Shown: positions 1 through 10,289 of the stretch, in pieces
Numbering within the stretch: position 1 is the first letter of the stretch
Layout of the letters: each line of letters begins with the position of its first letter
Source: Bacteroidota bacterium
GTDB taxonomy: Bacteria > Bacteroidota > Bacteroidia > UBA10329
Reading direction: 5' to 3'
Length of the DNA stretch: 47,980 nt
Assembly (NCBI GenBank): GCA_046047575.1
Contig: JBJOHR010000094.1
Location: 1-47,980, forward strand
Translations under genes and position numbers: made by a program
The notes under the pieces: generated by a model
Database searches by the model: none
What the model was told of the DNA's origin: nothing
Seen by the model: only the letters and a program-made list of their open reading frames with translations

Positions 1-214
1 AAAGACCCGAAGGATAGGCCACGTTCTCCTGATTCGTGCCTAGAACAACCGTTCCGTTTTCCAATCGCAGTGCGGCACCCACAAAGAACTGCGAATAAGG
101 AGCATACGCGTTCTTGGAAATGGTTTCGGCCTGTTCGAGCAACTTCAGGTCCGATGGCTTAAGGTCATTCCTTGAAACTGAAAGCCCTTTTATAGTGATT
201 GAAAACTCTCCCAT
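1..214 (-). CDS. cdd: Cytidine deaminase, N-terminal part (truncated by window edge)
   Basis: Not in the ORF track. Manual translation from the ATG at 214 gives MGEFSITIKG...AYAPYSQFFVGAALRLENGTVVLGTNQENVAYPSGL, containing the AYAPYSxFxVGAA and GxNxEN..YPSGL motifs of cytidine deaminases. Confidence 0.9.
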   Translation of the reverse strand, partial: MGEFSITIKGLSVSRNDLKPSDLKLLEQAETISKNAYAPYSQFFVGAALRLENGTVVLGTNQENVAYPSGL

Positions 215-227
215 TACCAATTGGATG

Positions 228-707
228 TTAGCTTTTCTGAATGAGAACGGTGGCAAAGGCCGCAATGCCCTCCTGTCTACCTACAAAGCCTATCTTCTCT
301 GAGGTGGTTGCCTTGATGGAAACCGCATCCTCATCAACCTTAAGAATGGGTGCTAAGATTGCCTTCATGTCTTCTATGTGCGGGTTCACCTTCGGTTTTT
401 CCAAGGCAACAGTGCTATCAACGTTCCCAACAGAATAGCCCTTTTCCTCGATCAGTTTCACCACATTGCGAAGAAGAATTTTGCTGTCGATGTTCTTGTA
501 ATCAGACGATGTGTCTGGAAAGTGAAAACCGATGTCGCGGAGGTTGGCTGCGCCCAAAAGCGCATCGCAGATAACATGAATGAGAACATCAGCATCTGAA
601 TGGCCAACTGCTCCCAATTCAGAAGGGATCAACTTGCCGCCCAACCAAAGTTCCTCGCCTTTGGCAAGTTGGTGTACATCATAGCCGAAACCGACTCTGA
701 ACGTCAT
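228..707 (-). CDS. ispF: 2-C-methyl-D-erythritol 2,4-cyclodiphosphate synthase
   Basis: RVGFGYDVH, GHSDADVLIH..CDALLGA, DIGFHFPD and SIKATTSEKIGFVGR motifs. Confidence 0.97.
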   Translation of the reverse strand: MTFRVGFGYDVHQLAKGEELWLGGKLIPSELGAVGHSDADVLIHVICDALLGAANLRDIGFHFPDTSSDYKNIDSKILLRNVVKLIEEKGYSVGNVDSTVALEKPKVNPHIEDMKAILAPILKVDEDAVSIKATTSEKIGFVGRQEGIAAFATVLIQKS

Positions 708-2006
708 TTAGTCTTCGGGCTTGCCATCGTTCTTCTCTTCGTTCTGCTTCTTGAAAGCCTCGAAGTCGAAGGTCAGCGTGAATCGCAAGGTATTCTCCAA
801 TGGATGGCGCTGTTGGGTTGGGATCAGATAGGCGAAATCCAGACCGAAAACGTTATATCGGATACCGGCACCAACAGTAAAGAACTGTCGGTTTCCCTTA
901 GAATAATGTTCGTGAAAATACCCTGCTCGGATGGCGAACAATTTATTGTACCAATATTCCAAACCAATAGCAAGGTTTATCTCTCTCAGTTCTTCGGCAC
1001 TGCCATCTGGAGCATCGGCAAAGGAAGTGAACATACCATTGGGCACACTTCGGTTCGGGTCTTTGCCGGCAATGATGGTTCCAAAACTTGGATTCGCGTT
1101 GCTTTCGTGACCTATTGCTCCGAGCGTATCGCCAGGTGGCAATTGATCATTCAAGTACGGGTTATCATCGTACTTAGGAGGAGTTGGAACCATCAGTTTG
1201 TTAATGTCGAAGAACAGAGCTAGGCTGTTTCTATCGTCCACAAAATACTTGAAGCCAACACCGAATCGGAAGTTGATCGGAATGAAATCTTCCTCGGTAG
1301 TGTTGGTATAAGACATCTTAGAGCCGATGTTAGAAATGTTCAATCCCGCAGATATTACAGACTTTCTGCCTGCGATCTCCACTTTTTTGGTCTGATAATA
1401 GAAAGAAACATCTGCCGCTCCGGCCATGCCAGGTTTAGTGTCGGCACCGCCCACATTTATTCCACCGGTAAGGTTTGAATAGATGTACCTGAGCGTAAGG
1501 CCTCCAGAGAATTCCTCAGATAGTTTGCGGGCATAGCTTACATCAATGGCAAACTCGTTCGGGGTAAAATCACCTATCGTTCCACCCTGTGCATCGGTGA
1601 ATGTGATGGAACCAAGCGAAAAATAGCGCAGCGAACCGGAAAGTGTCTGCATGCCTTTCTTGCCGATCTTGCCGTATCCGGAGATGTAAGCCAAGTTGAT
1701 GTCTGGAACCAACGCACGCAGCCAAGGAGTGTAAGAGACCGCAAAGCCCATTTTGCTGGGCACATAGGCCATTTTTGCAGGATTCCAATGAATAGAGGCA
1801 CCGTCAGGGTCACTTGCAGCACCAACATCGCCCATGGCTCCTGCTCGGGCATCTGGGGAAATCATTAAAAAAGGCACAGCTGTGGTAATGGTGTTGAGCT
1901 GAATTTCATCGGCCCGTTCATCCTGATTTACGTTCTGTCCGAACGTGTTATAGCCACTAACAAGTAGTGCCAACAACAATGAACTAATTCTGCTTGAAGC
2001 GGACAT
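708..2006 (-). CDS. porV: T9SS outer-membrane shuttle protein PorV
   Basis: ITTAVPFLMISPDARAGAMGD, WNPAK, SYTPWL and GLEYWY..F AIRAGYFHE motifs, and position directly after porU. Start placed at ATG 2006 because a TATATTTG -7 box lies at 2027-2034 and a signal-peptide-like segment follows. Confidence 0.92.
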   Translation of the reverse strand: MSASSRISSLLLALLVSGYNTFGQNVNQDERADEIQLNTITTAVPFLMISPDARAGAMGDVGAASDPDGASIHWNPAKMAYVPSKMGFAVSYTPWLRALVPDINLAYISGYGKIGKKGMQTLSGSLRYFSLGSITFTDAQGGTIGDFTPNEFAIDVSYARKLSEEFSGGLTLRYIYSNLTGGINVGGADTKPGMAGAADVSFYYQTKKVEIAGRKSVISAGLNISNIGSKMSYTNTTEEDFIPINFRFGVGFKYFVDDRNSLALFFDINKLMVPTPPKYDDNPYLNDQLPPGDTLGAIGHESNANPSFGTIIAGKDPNRSVPNGMFTSFADAPDGSAEELREINLAIGLEYWYNKLFAIRAGYFHEHYSKGNRQFFTVGAGIRYNVFGLDFAYLIPTQQRHPLENTLRFTLTFDFEAFKKQNEEKNDGKPED

Positions 2007-2026
2007 CCAATTTTTTTTGAGGGCTG

Positions 2027-2034
2027 CAAATATA
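2027..2034 (-). promoter_or_regulatory. Bacteroidota sigma70 -7 element (TATATTTG), internal promoter for porV-ispF-cdd
   Basis: Exact match to TAnnTTTG between the porU stop and the porV start. Confidence 0.6.
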
Positions 2035-2055
2035 GCCATGTTACGTGTTTTCATG

Positions 2056-5000
2056 TCAGTTTAGTATAACCAGCCTTTCAATCTGTTCTGCCTTCTGACC
2101 ATCTGGCGTTGTTACCTTGAGATTATACATATATACACCTCGACCTATTTTTTGGCCGTAATCGTCCAATCCATCCCACGCTATGGGCTCATTTCTGAAT
2201 CCATGAGAAAGTATTGTTTCGTTGATGGTCTTTACCAGTTTGCCTGACACGGTGAATATCTGAACCTGAACATCCAAACTGTTGCAAGGCTGATTATGTT
2301 CAAACATGAATTCAGTGTGTGTAGTGAACGGGTTTGGGTAATTCAATACATGCTCCAAAGCCAATTCTGCAGATTCGGCCACCACAAATTCCGTGTAGGC
2401 TTCTGAACTGTTATTGTACACATCCCATATCTTGAATCGAATGTTGTGGGTGCCTTCGCTCAGGCCGCTGAAGGGATAAACCACTTTTCCGCTCTGATAG
2501 CTGTTCAAGTCTGACTGATAGAATTCATTCAGGTTGATGGTGCTGTTGGTATTGTCGTCCAACACGGCTGTTATATCATGGCCAATGCCATTGCCAACGG
2601 TGTTTATACCGTTGGAATCAGTAACTATTGCCAGAAGTGATGGATTCTCATCCGTAGTCCCTCCAAAGGCAAAGCTGTCGTCATTCATATAAAGACCAAC
2701 TGTAGGCCCTAGCTCGTCTACGGCTGCATTGTCACTGGATCCTCCGATCACAAATTCTTCATAGTAACCGTTGGCATTGGTACCGCTTCCCTCTGCGTAG
2801 TAGCTTATTCGTCCGAAGTCATAGTTGTAGGAAATATCTCGTGGCACAACAAACGAGAAGGAGAATTGCCCTGCCTCTACGCTGGCCTTACCTTTGTATA
2901 TAAGGTTCTTCTGAACAGAGAATTGACGCACGCTTGAAGATGGATCATTGCCCAAGGTGGATACCTCGCTCGCCTTGTCGAACACTGTTGGATAAACTGT
3001 TCCGCTAAAATCTTCCATCAATTGTCCGTTTCTGTTGCGTATTCTTCCGGTCACAGTAACGAGTTGCAACGCATTTATTGTGTCGGTAAGTGCATTTACA
3101 TTTTCTCCATTGATGGTGAGGGTTTCCACATTGTGCAACGGAAAAGCCAAACGCTGAGCAGGATCACCGATCAGGATGAAGTTTCTGTTGTTGACCGAGC
3201 CACCGCTCGCAACCTTGGTCATTCTGATCACATCGCCCATGGTCGGTGGTCCCCATGTTTGTTCGACCAGAAGATTGAGGTAAAAGTTACGGTTAAGAGT
3301 GAAATTCGGAGCTGAGTAAACCAATCTGGAGGTGGTAAAAAGAGCAATGCCTCCACCATTGGGATTGAGGTGCACCAATTCACCTGCGGAGATCCTACTC
3401 GGATCATCATAGCGGGTAAACTCGCATGTGGCGGTAACAAATACGGGTAAGTTGGAAAAGTTGGTCCAACTGTTTATGTCCGAGTTTCCTAGAACACGTT
3501 CGTGAGCCCAACCCAATTCTCCACCATGGCCTGTGTAGTTGACCATAAGAGCACCGCGCTGCACTTCTGTATTCAGACTAGTACTTGCTTCCGGATAACG
3601 TTGCCCACCCGGGGTCGATTCCTGTACGAACGAATCGAAATAGATTTTCGTGAGATTGTATTCTGGATACATGGTGTCCACCAAAACCGCCAATTGGTCG
3701 GCCTGGTTCAAGTGCATGTTGCTATCTTCATCATCCGCCACAAACACAATCCGGTTTCTCCAATCGGGCGATGTTACTGCACTTAAACCATCTGCACAAT
3801 TGTGTCCCGAAAGGTCAAGATCGGCTATGTCCAACTCTTCATACCTATATATTTTATCCACCACTACACGCGCATCCTCCAGGGTTCGAACTACGAATCG
3901 GCCAATACCAACATCCAAGGCATCAGATGCTGAAGATGCCCAAACTCCTTCGCTTGGATCGAGAAGTCCGAAGTAATCATCGGAGGCGTAACTTATGGTA
4001 GGTGTAAGTGACTCATCGGATTCGTACGTGGGGACGAAATTGGTGTTATCGGCCAATCTGTCCTTATAATCGTAACTGGCGTCTCCGAACAAAAGCAAAT
4101 AGCGGGGCATATCTTGCCAACCAGTACTACGCTGATAGAACATGCGCATGAAATCCCTGATGGCAGAAACGTCCTGAGCGCCTGAAGAAAACTCATTGTA
4201 TATCTGTTCCGGGGTTACAATATGAACGGAAAGCGGACTGGCCTCACTCTGCTCATGGAAGTTGGCAAGCCGCTCAGCTTCGCTCAGGAAATTCGGATGA
4301 CATATCATGATCATGTTGGCCTGGCTTAGCCCATGAAGGTTCTGATTAGAAACCGGACCGATCGGTTCCACACCATAATAGGAGCCTCCATTAAAGGCAA
4401 TGAATTGCCGCAATGAATCCGCTTCAAACTTGAAGCTGGCAGTGTTTCCTTGCCTTACCAGTTCTCGCTGCGTAACATTTGTCGGGTCGGTTACTTCCCA
4501 AATTCTGACGGAACTATTTGCATTGGTCAATTGAAACTCTGCCACATTGCCTAAGCCAACAGATTCCAAGTCCCTGAACGGCATCTGGGTTCCAGCCATG
4601 GAAAGATTTCTGGTAAGGATAATTTCTAGGTAGTCCAACCAACCAACGGCACTTAGATTACCTCCCTTATTATAGGTAAGCGTAACATTCGTATTTCCCG
4701 AACCGAACTGCACCGGAGTGCAAGTGAATTCGTCTTCAGCATTCTTATTATACCCTCCAGAAACCTGCGGAACCACCACGCTTTCGACCGTGGTGCCATT
4801 GATCCGAAGTGAAAAGGTTGTTCCCCCTGAGAACGATTGTGCCAACACCCTTGATTTCAGAACACCGGTCTGGTTGGCCACATTAGAAAATCCAAAGTCA
4901 AAACTATAAGATGACTGAATGTCAAATTCTTCACCAAACCACTCCCTTCCAGATTTGAGAAGGTTCGAATTATCGCTTTCATGAAATTGATGATCCACGA

Positions 5001-5970
5001 AGGTGCTGACGGTATGCGTTGCAGGAGCATTAGTCGAGGCTGTCTCCGAAACCCTTCGTCCAACTCCTCGGTCGGCAGTGACATAATAATAAGCGCGGTC
5101 TGAATAGACATCAAATTCATGTCTGAAAAGTCCACAACTGCTACTGTCCTGCACCCAGGAGTGAGGTCCTTTGGCATAAAAGAGAATGTAATCGCCTTGA
5201 TTGAACCTTCCATCTCCTTCGCCTACTACTTCAATCGCATTCTGCTGAAGGTCATCGAATCTGAAGGCTGAATTGGCTTGAGGCAGCATTCCTCCTCCGT
5301 TGCCGTACACATTGAGTCTTCTCGGGTCAATGGCATCAACGTTCATGCCCATGGCCTCCAGGTCATCATAGGTAATTTTGTAAAGACCATCCTGAGCAAC
5401 CGCAACTTTGAACCAAGTGCCTGAAGCCAACACGGAGGATTGCGCAAACTGTGACGCCCCAATGGCCTTTCGGCTGGCCAAATATGTTTCTGACGTTCTG
5501 AGTTCATACTGTACCAGTTTCTCCAAAGCCCCATTAGAAGGGTTTTTTCTGATCGGCAGGAACTTAATTCGAGCGTAGGCCTGCTTCCTCTCGGTGTAGG
5601 TATCCACTGCAATGAAAATACTACTACCTATATTATTTATACCGGCTAACGCTGCTGATTCAGCATCCGAAAGAGGAACATATCTGGCATCTACAAGTGT
5701 CGCATCCAATGTCATGCCACTGGAAATCTTCACATTCTTAACTAAGTGAGGCAAATTGGTGTCATCGATGTAAACGGCCCCTTCAAACATGAGATACGTT
5801 CTTTTGGAACCATCATACTTTATTTCCGTAATGGGTTCGATCCAATTGATGATGGTTGCTGTTTTTGCGGAGGCAGCGCGACCTACCTTCGAAGTTGTTT
5901 GAGCAGAGCTAAGCTGATAATGCCCAATGAATACCAGGCTGACAAAGAATAATTTCAACGAAAATCTCAT
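2056..5970 (-). CDS. porU: T9SS sortase PorU (peptidase C25 family)
   Basis: About 1300 aa. Carries SVLASGTWFKV, YLLLFGDASYDYK, the catalytic-dyad-type segments NYTGHGG and TATCEF, GNGIGHD, and a C-terminal CTD (LNYPNPFT...). Adjacent to porV. Likely start ATG 5970 (MRFSLKLFF). Confidence 0.95.
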   Translation of the reverse strand: MRFSLKLFFVSLVFIGHYQLSSAQTTSKVGRAASAKTATIINWIEPITEIKYDGSKRTYLMFEGAVYIDDTNLPHLVKNVKISSGMTLDATLVDARYVPLSDAESAALAGINNIGSSIFIAVDTYTERKQAYARIKFLPIRKNPSNGALEKLVQYELRTSETYLASRKAIGASQFAQSSVLASGTWFKVAVAQDGLYKITYDDLEAMGMNVDAIDPRRLNVYGNGGGMLPQANSAFRFDDLQQNAIEVVGEGDGRFNQGDYILFYAKGPHSWVQDSSSCGLFRHEFDVYSDRAYYYVTADRGVGRRVSETASTNAPATHTVSTFVDHQFHESDNSNLLKSGREWFGEEFDIQSSYSFDFGFSNVANQTGVLKSRVLAQSFSGGTTFSLRINGTTVESVVVPQVSGGYNKNAEDEFTCTPVQFGSGNTNVTLTYNKGGNLSAVGWLDYLEIILTRNLSMAGTQMPFRDLESVGLGNVAEFQLTNANSSVRIWEVTDPTNVTQRELVRQGNTASFKFEADSLRQFIAFNGGSYYGVEPIGPVSNQNLHGLSQANMIMICHPNFLSEAERLANFHEQSEASPLSVHIVTPEQIYNEFSSGAQDVSAIRDFMRMFYQRSTGWQDMPRYLLLFGDASYDYKDRLADNTNFVPTYESDESLTPTISYASDDYFGLLDPSEGVWASSASDALDVGIGRFVVRTLEDARVVVDKIYRYEELDIADLDLSGHNCADGLSAVTSPDWRNRIVFVADDEDSNMHLNQADQLAVLVDTMYPEYNLTKIYFDSFVQESTPGGQRYPEASTSLNTEVQRGALMVNYTGHGGELGWAHERVLGNSDINSWTNFSNLPVFVTATCEFTRYDDPSRISAGELVHLNPNGGGIALFTTSRLVYSAPNFTLNRNFYLNLLVEQTWGPPTMGDVIRMTKVASGGSVNNRNFILIGDPAQRLAFPLHNVETLTINGENVNALTDTINALQLVTVTGRIRNRNGQLMEDFSGTVYPTVFDKASEVSTLGNDPSSSVRQFSVQKNLIYKGKASVEAGQFSFSFVVPRDISYNYDFGRISYYAEGSGTNANGYYEEFVIGGSSDNAAVDELGPTVGLYMNDDSFAFGGTTDENPSLLAIVTDSNGINTVGNGIGHDITAVLDDNTNSTINLNEFYQSDLNSYQSGKVVYPFSGLSEGTHNIRFKIWDVYNNSSEAYTEFVVAESAELALEHVLNYPNPFTTHTEFMFEHNQPCNSLDVQVQIFTVSGKLVKTINETILSHGFRNEPIAWDGLDDYGQKIGRGVYMYNLKVTTPDGQKAEQIERLVILN

Positions 5971-6200
5971 CTTCAGAGAAGGATTACTTAGACAAAATGA
6001 GTTCAACAAAAATCTTGTTCATAATAAATGGGAACAGTCTTTCGTTTTACTGTTGACCGCCAGAATTTATCAGGAAACAGCCGCTTAACGGCAACGGTTC
6101 AGAAATATTGCGCAAAATGCAAGAAATTAATCTACTTTGTTGCCAAGATTCCAAACTAAATTTATTCGTATTATTGTCCTTCAAAATTCAAAAAACCAGA

Positions 6201-7181
6201 ATGCTGAAGCGGTTTTTCGTTGCCTTCGTGTTGGTATTTGCAGGGACTTGGTCGGCCAATGAAGCGTTTGCTCAGGATCCACAATTCACCCAATTCTACG
6301 CCAATCCAATCTATCTGAACCCCGCGTTTGCAGGTTCCAAGAGATGCCCTCGGGTCATTATGAATTACCGTAATCAGTGGCCGGCCATATCAGGGACCTT
6401 TGTTACCTACAGTGCATCCTTTGATATGGATATCAATGCGATACATGGTGGAATTGCTGGTCATTTTATGGCAGACCGCGCTGGCGAAGGGACTTTGAAC
6501 AGCTTTGAGGGAAGCCTTATTTATGCCTACCGCATGAATATTTCCAGGAAATTCTCCTTGAGAATTGGAGCGCAGGCAACAATCGTTCAAAGGAGCATTG
6601 ACTGGGACAAATTGACCTTTGGTGACATGATCGACCCTCGATACGGTTTCGTGTATCAGACCAATGAGGTAAGACCTAACACCAGTCGGATCTTTGCCGA
6701 TTTTTCTGCTGGAATTATCGGATACACAGAAAATTTCTTCGTGGGTTTTGCCGCCCATCACATGTCGCAGCCTGACGAAGGTTTCGCAGGGTTCAGCAAA
6801 TTGCCGGTAAAATTCACAGGGCATGCTGGCTATACCTTCTATTTCGGAAAAAGAAGAGAGCAGGATAAGAAGTGGGCTTTATCACCGAACATCTTATATC
6901 AACATCAGCAGGACTTTCAGCAGTTGAACTATGGTTTTTATCTGGCCAAGAGTTTCATGGTGGGTGGTATCTGGTTCCGTCAAAGTTTCAACAACCCAGA
7001 TGCTTTCATTGTGCTGATCGGGTTTCAACAAGGCGCTTTCAAATTCGGCTATAGTTATGATGTAACTGTATCGTCCTTGACGAATAATACCGCAGGATCT
7101 CACGAATTTTCGCTCGGACTTCAGTTCGGCTGTAAAAAGCCCAAGAAAAAGTTCAGGGCCATCGACTGCCCATCGTTCTGA
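6201..7181 (+). CDS. PorP/SprF family T9SS membrane protein
   Basis: Signal peptide followed by AQDPQFTQFYANPIYLNPAFAG, NYRNQWP, FGYSYD and GSHEFSL, all typical PorP/SprF motifs. Likely start ATG 6201. Confidence 0.9.
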   Translation: MLKRFFVAFVLVFAGTWSANEAFAQDPQFTQFYANPIYLNPAFAGSKRCPRVIMNYRNQWPAISGTFVTYSASFDMDINAIHGGIAGHFMADRAGEGTLNSFEGSLIYAYRMNISRKFSLRIGAQATIVQRSIDWDKLTFGDMIDPRYGFVYQTNEVRPNTSRIFADFSAGIIGYTENFFVGFAAHHMSQPDEGFAGFSKLPVKFTGHAGYTFYFGKRREQDKKWALSPNILYQHQQDFQQLNYGFYLAKSFMVGGIWFRQSFNNPDAFIVLIGFQQGAFKFGYSYDVTVSSLTNNTAGSHEFSLGLQFGCKKPKKKFRAIDCPSF

Positions 7182-7242
7182 TACAATATCGTAACCAAGA
7201 AGTCGTTTTTACGTTCAACACACGTTTCGAAACAACATAGTC

Positions 7243-8724
7243 ATGAAGACAATTAAGGGAAATACCTTCAAGTTATTAGGCTTGTTCATCACTGCCAGTC
7301 TATTCTTGGCTGCCTGTCAGAAAGATAGGTCCAACACGACTGGATGGAATACCAATGACCCCAAGAATGGTGGTTTTGAAGTAGCACCTTGGGAAGGTCA
7401 GGAGACTGGACCTGGACTCGTTTTCATTGAGGGAGGTACCTTCACAATGGGTCGAGTTGAACAGGATGTTCGCCATGATTGGGATAACATTCCTAGGCGT
7501 GCCACGGTTTCATCGTTCTATATGGATGAGACCGAGGTAACTAATGTCGATTACCGGGAATATCTCTACTGGATCACACGCGTGTTCTACGCCAGCTACC
7601 CAGAAGTTTACAAACGTGCTTTACCTGATACTTTGGTCTGGAGAAGTAAGCTCGGATTCAACGAGCCTTACGTGGAACTTTATCTGAGACACCCAGCCTA
7701 TAATTACTACCCGGTTGTGGGTGTAAACTGGTTGCAGGCAACAGATTATTGTGCTTGGCGAACCGACCGTGTGAACGAAATGATTTTGATCCGAGAGGGT
7801 GTATTGCGAACCAACCCGAATCAGGTAGACGAAGACAACTTCAACACAGATGCTTACTTGTCTGGGCAGTATGAAGGTCTGGTCCGTTCCGACCTTATTG
7901 ACCTTGACCCTAATAAAGACACCCGTAAAGTGCGCATTGAGGATGGCATCTTGCTACCTCGCTACAGGCTCCCAACTGAAGCTGAATGGGAATTTGCAGC
8001 ACTTGGCCTGATCGGAAATACTGTTTTTGAACGTGTCACTGAGAGACGACTTTACCCTTGGAACGGTGCCTATATGCGTAATGCTGATGACCAGTTCAAA
8101 GGTGAAATGATGGCAAACTTCAAACGAGGAAAAGGAGACAACATGGGTGCTGCCGGTTATTTGAATGACCGTGCCGACATTCCAACAGATGTTTCATCTT
8201 ACTGGCCAAATGATTACGGTCTTTATTGTATGGCCGGTAACGTGAATGAGTGGGTAAAAGACGTTTATCGACCATTGAGCCTTGAGGATGATGACGATTT
8301 CAGAGCTTTCCGTGGTAACGTGTTTAAAACACAGCTACGTGAAGAAGAAGGCGAAATTGCCGAGAAGGACAGCCTTGGAAGGATCATCTGGAGAGACGTA
8401 ACAGAAGAAGAGAACACTCAGCGTAGAAATTACAAGAAGGCAGACAACATCAATTTCTTGGATGGGGATTATTCATCGTCTATCTTCTATACTCAGGAAG
8501 AATACAACACAACTGGAGAGAAGGCCAAGAAAAGAATGTACGAGTGGGGTGCTACCTCTCTTATCAATGATGAAGCTCATGTTTATAAAGGAGGTTCGTG
8601 GAAAGACAGAGCTTACTGGTTGGTTCCAGGAACGAGACGTTATCTTGATGCCGAACAATCTACTGATGATATAGGCTTCCGTTGTGCCATGACCCGCGTT
8701 GGAACACAGACGCTAGGACAGTAA
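7243..8724 (+). CDS. gldJ: Gliding motility lipoprotein GldJ (SUMF1/FGE-like domain)
   Basis: Lipobox LAAC, FYMDETEVTN, ALPDTLVWR, RLPTEAEWE, NDYGLYCMAGNVNEW and IGFRCAM. The position between porU and murF fits gldJ better than gldK. Confidence 0.85.
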   Translation: MKTIKGNTFKLLGLFITASLFLAACQKDRSNTTGWNTNDPKNGGFEVAPWEGQETGPGLVFIEGGTFTMGRVEQDVRHDWDNIPRRATVSSFYMDETEVTNVDYREYLYWITRVFYASYPEVYKRALPDTLVWRSKLGFNEPYVELYLRHPAYNYYPVVGVNWLQATDYCAWRTDRVNEMILIREGVLRTNPNQVDEDNFNTDAYLSGQYEGLVRSDLIDLDPNKDTRKVRIEDGILLPRYRLPTEAEWEFAALGLIGNTVFERVTERRLYPWNGAYMRNADDQFKGEMMANFKRGKGDNMGAAGYLNDRADIPTDVSSYWPNDYGLYCMAGNVNEWVKDVYRPLSLEDDDDFRAFRGNVFKTQLREEEGEIAEKDSLGRIIWRDVTEEENTQRRNYKKADNINFLDGDYSSSIFYTQEEYNTTGEKAKKRMYEWGATSLINDEAHVYKGGSWKDRAYWLVPGTRRYLDAEQSTDDIGFRCAMTRVGTQTLGQ

Positions 8725-8742
8725 GATCTTCATAACTGACAG

Positions 8743-8775
8743 AAAACCCCGTGTCAAAACAACACGGGGTTTTTT
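8743..8775 (+). terminator. Intrinsic terminator after gldJ
   Basis: AAAACCCCGTGT-caaaaca-ACACGGGGTTTT stem ending in a T run. Confidence 0.8.
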
Positions 8776-8786
8776 ATTTTTCGAGC

Positions 8787-10100
8787 ATGGATATCCCATC
8801 GCTTTACAAGATCTACAAGCAGCATCCGATCATTTGCACTGACAGCAGAAAGATCGTTGAAGGCTGCATTTATGTTTCGCTGAAAGGTGAATCATTTGAC
8901 GGTAATCGCTTTGCGATGGAAAGCCTTGAAAAAGGCGCTGCATATGCAATTGTGGATGATCCGAATATGGCCAAGGATGATAGGGTCATAGTTGTTGAAG
9001 ATGGTCTTAGGACCTTGCAAGCCCTGTCATCCTACCACAGGCATCAATTCCAACTACCGGTCATTGGCATTACCGGTTCGAACGGAAAGACCACCACCAA
9101 AGAGCTGATGCATGCCGTCCTTAGCGAAAAATTCAAGGTACTGGCCACCGTAGGAAACCTGAACAACCACATCGGTGTTCCACTCACCCTCTTCCAGTTG
9201 ACCGATAAGCATAAGATGGCCATCATTGAAATGGGAGCAAGCGCACAGGGCGACATTAAAGAACTATGCGACATTGCTGACCCGAATTATGCACTTATCA
9301 CCAACATCGGTAAGGCTCATTTGGAAACGATGGGGGGATTGGAAGGTGTTCTAAAAACCAAAACAGAACTGTTCGACCATATAAGGATTCACGGTGGACG
9401 CTTGCTGGTTCACAGCTGTGACAAACTCCTTATGGAGAATACACGGAACGATAAGGCGTTTTACTACGGTGCGCTTCCGACAGACGATGTGCAGGGCCGG
9501 GTTGTACGTAATGGCGACCTTATCTCTGTTCAATGGCGCAGAAAAGGCTCTGAAACAACCTTGGATGAAGTGCCTATAGTACCCACAAACCTCACCGGAA
9601 CGTACAACCTGCCCAACATTATGGCTGCCGTAGCAGTTGGTGTGGTTTTCGGGCTCCGAGATGATGAAATTGCCAAAGGCATCATCGGATATATCCCTAG
9701 CAATAACCGTTCGGAGATCAGAAAAAAGGGTTCCGTGACCTACATTCTAGATGCATATAATGCCAACCCGAGCAGCATGGAAGTGGCCATTAACAATTTG
9801 GTCGGTTCAGAAAGTGAAAATCATTCGGTAATTCTTGGCGAAATGTTGGAAGTTGGTCCAACAAGCTCCGAAGAGCATCGTAACATATGCGAGCGCTTAG
9901 CTACGCTGAAACTGAGCACGGTGTGTCTGGTGGGAAAGGAATTCCTGCGTTTCAAAGATGAATTCCCATTCCACTTTTTTGAGAATGTTGATGTCCTGAA
10001 TGAATGGCTGTCAGCCCATAGCTTCGAAAATGAAACCATTCTGATCAAAGGTTCGCGGGGGAATAAGTTGGAGAAGGCGGCTCAGCTGTTGCTGGGGTGA
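8787..10100 (+). CDS. murF: UDP-N-acetylmuramoyl-tripeptide--D-alanyl-D-alanine ligase
   Basis: TDSR, GITGSNGKTTTKE, GNLNNHIGVPLT, IIEMGA, DAYNANPSSM, LGEMLE and LIKGSRG motifs. Confidence 0.95.
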   Translation: MDIPSLYKIYKQHPIICTDSRKIVEGCIYVSLKGESFDGNRFAMESLEKGAAYAIVDDPNMAKDDRVIVVEDGLRTLQALSSYHRHQFQLPVIGITGSNGKTTTKELMHAVLSEKFKVLATVGNLNNHIGVPLTLFQLTDKHKMAIIEMGASAQGDIKELCDIADPNYALITNIGKAHLETMGGLEGVLKTKTELFDHIRIHGGRLLVHSCDKLLMENTRNDKAFYYGALPTDDVQGRVVRNGDLISVQWRRKGSETTLDEVPIVPTNLTGTYNLPNIMAAVAVGVVFGLRDDEIAKGIIGYIPSNNRSEIRKKGSVTYILDAYNANPSSMEVAINNLVGSESENHSVILGEMLEVGPTSSEEHRNICERLATLKLSTVCLVGKEFLRFKDEFPFHFFENVDVLNEWLSAHSFENETILIKGSRGNKLEKAAQLLLG

Positions 10101-10129
10101 GCGGCAAGCTATTGGGTATTCGGATCCAT

Positions 10130-10252
10130 CCACAGAGAGCTCTAAGAAGACACTGAAGGCACAAAGAGTTCACTACGCTCACAGTTTTTACTACACACAG
10201 AGAGGCGAGTTCGCTTCGCCAACTGATGCTTTTTCACGCTAAGTCGCAACGA
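10130..10252. repeat. Degenerate intergenic repeat cluster between converging murF and acyl-CoA dehydrogenase
   Basis: CACAGAGAG occurs at 10131 and 10196. GAGTTCACTACGCTCAC and GAGTTCGCTTCGCCAAC are related units. GGCGAG-TTCG-CTTCGCC can form a hairpin. Confidence 0.4.
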
Positions 10253-10289
10253 GAAGTGCGATGAATCGTATCTCGACAAGGATGATGGA

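Noticed and set aside
7243-8724. Formylglycine-generating enzyme or DGR target
   Set aside because: The lipobox, motifs and porU/murF context indicate GldJ. No reverse transcriptase or template repeat is present.
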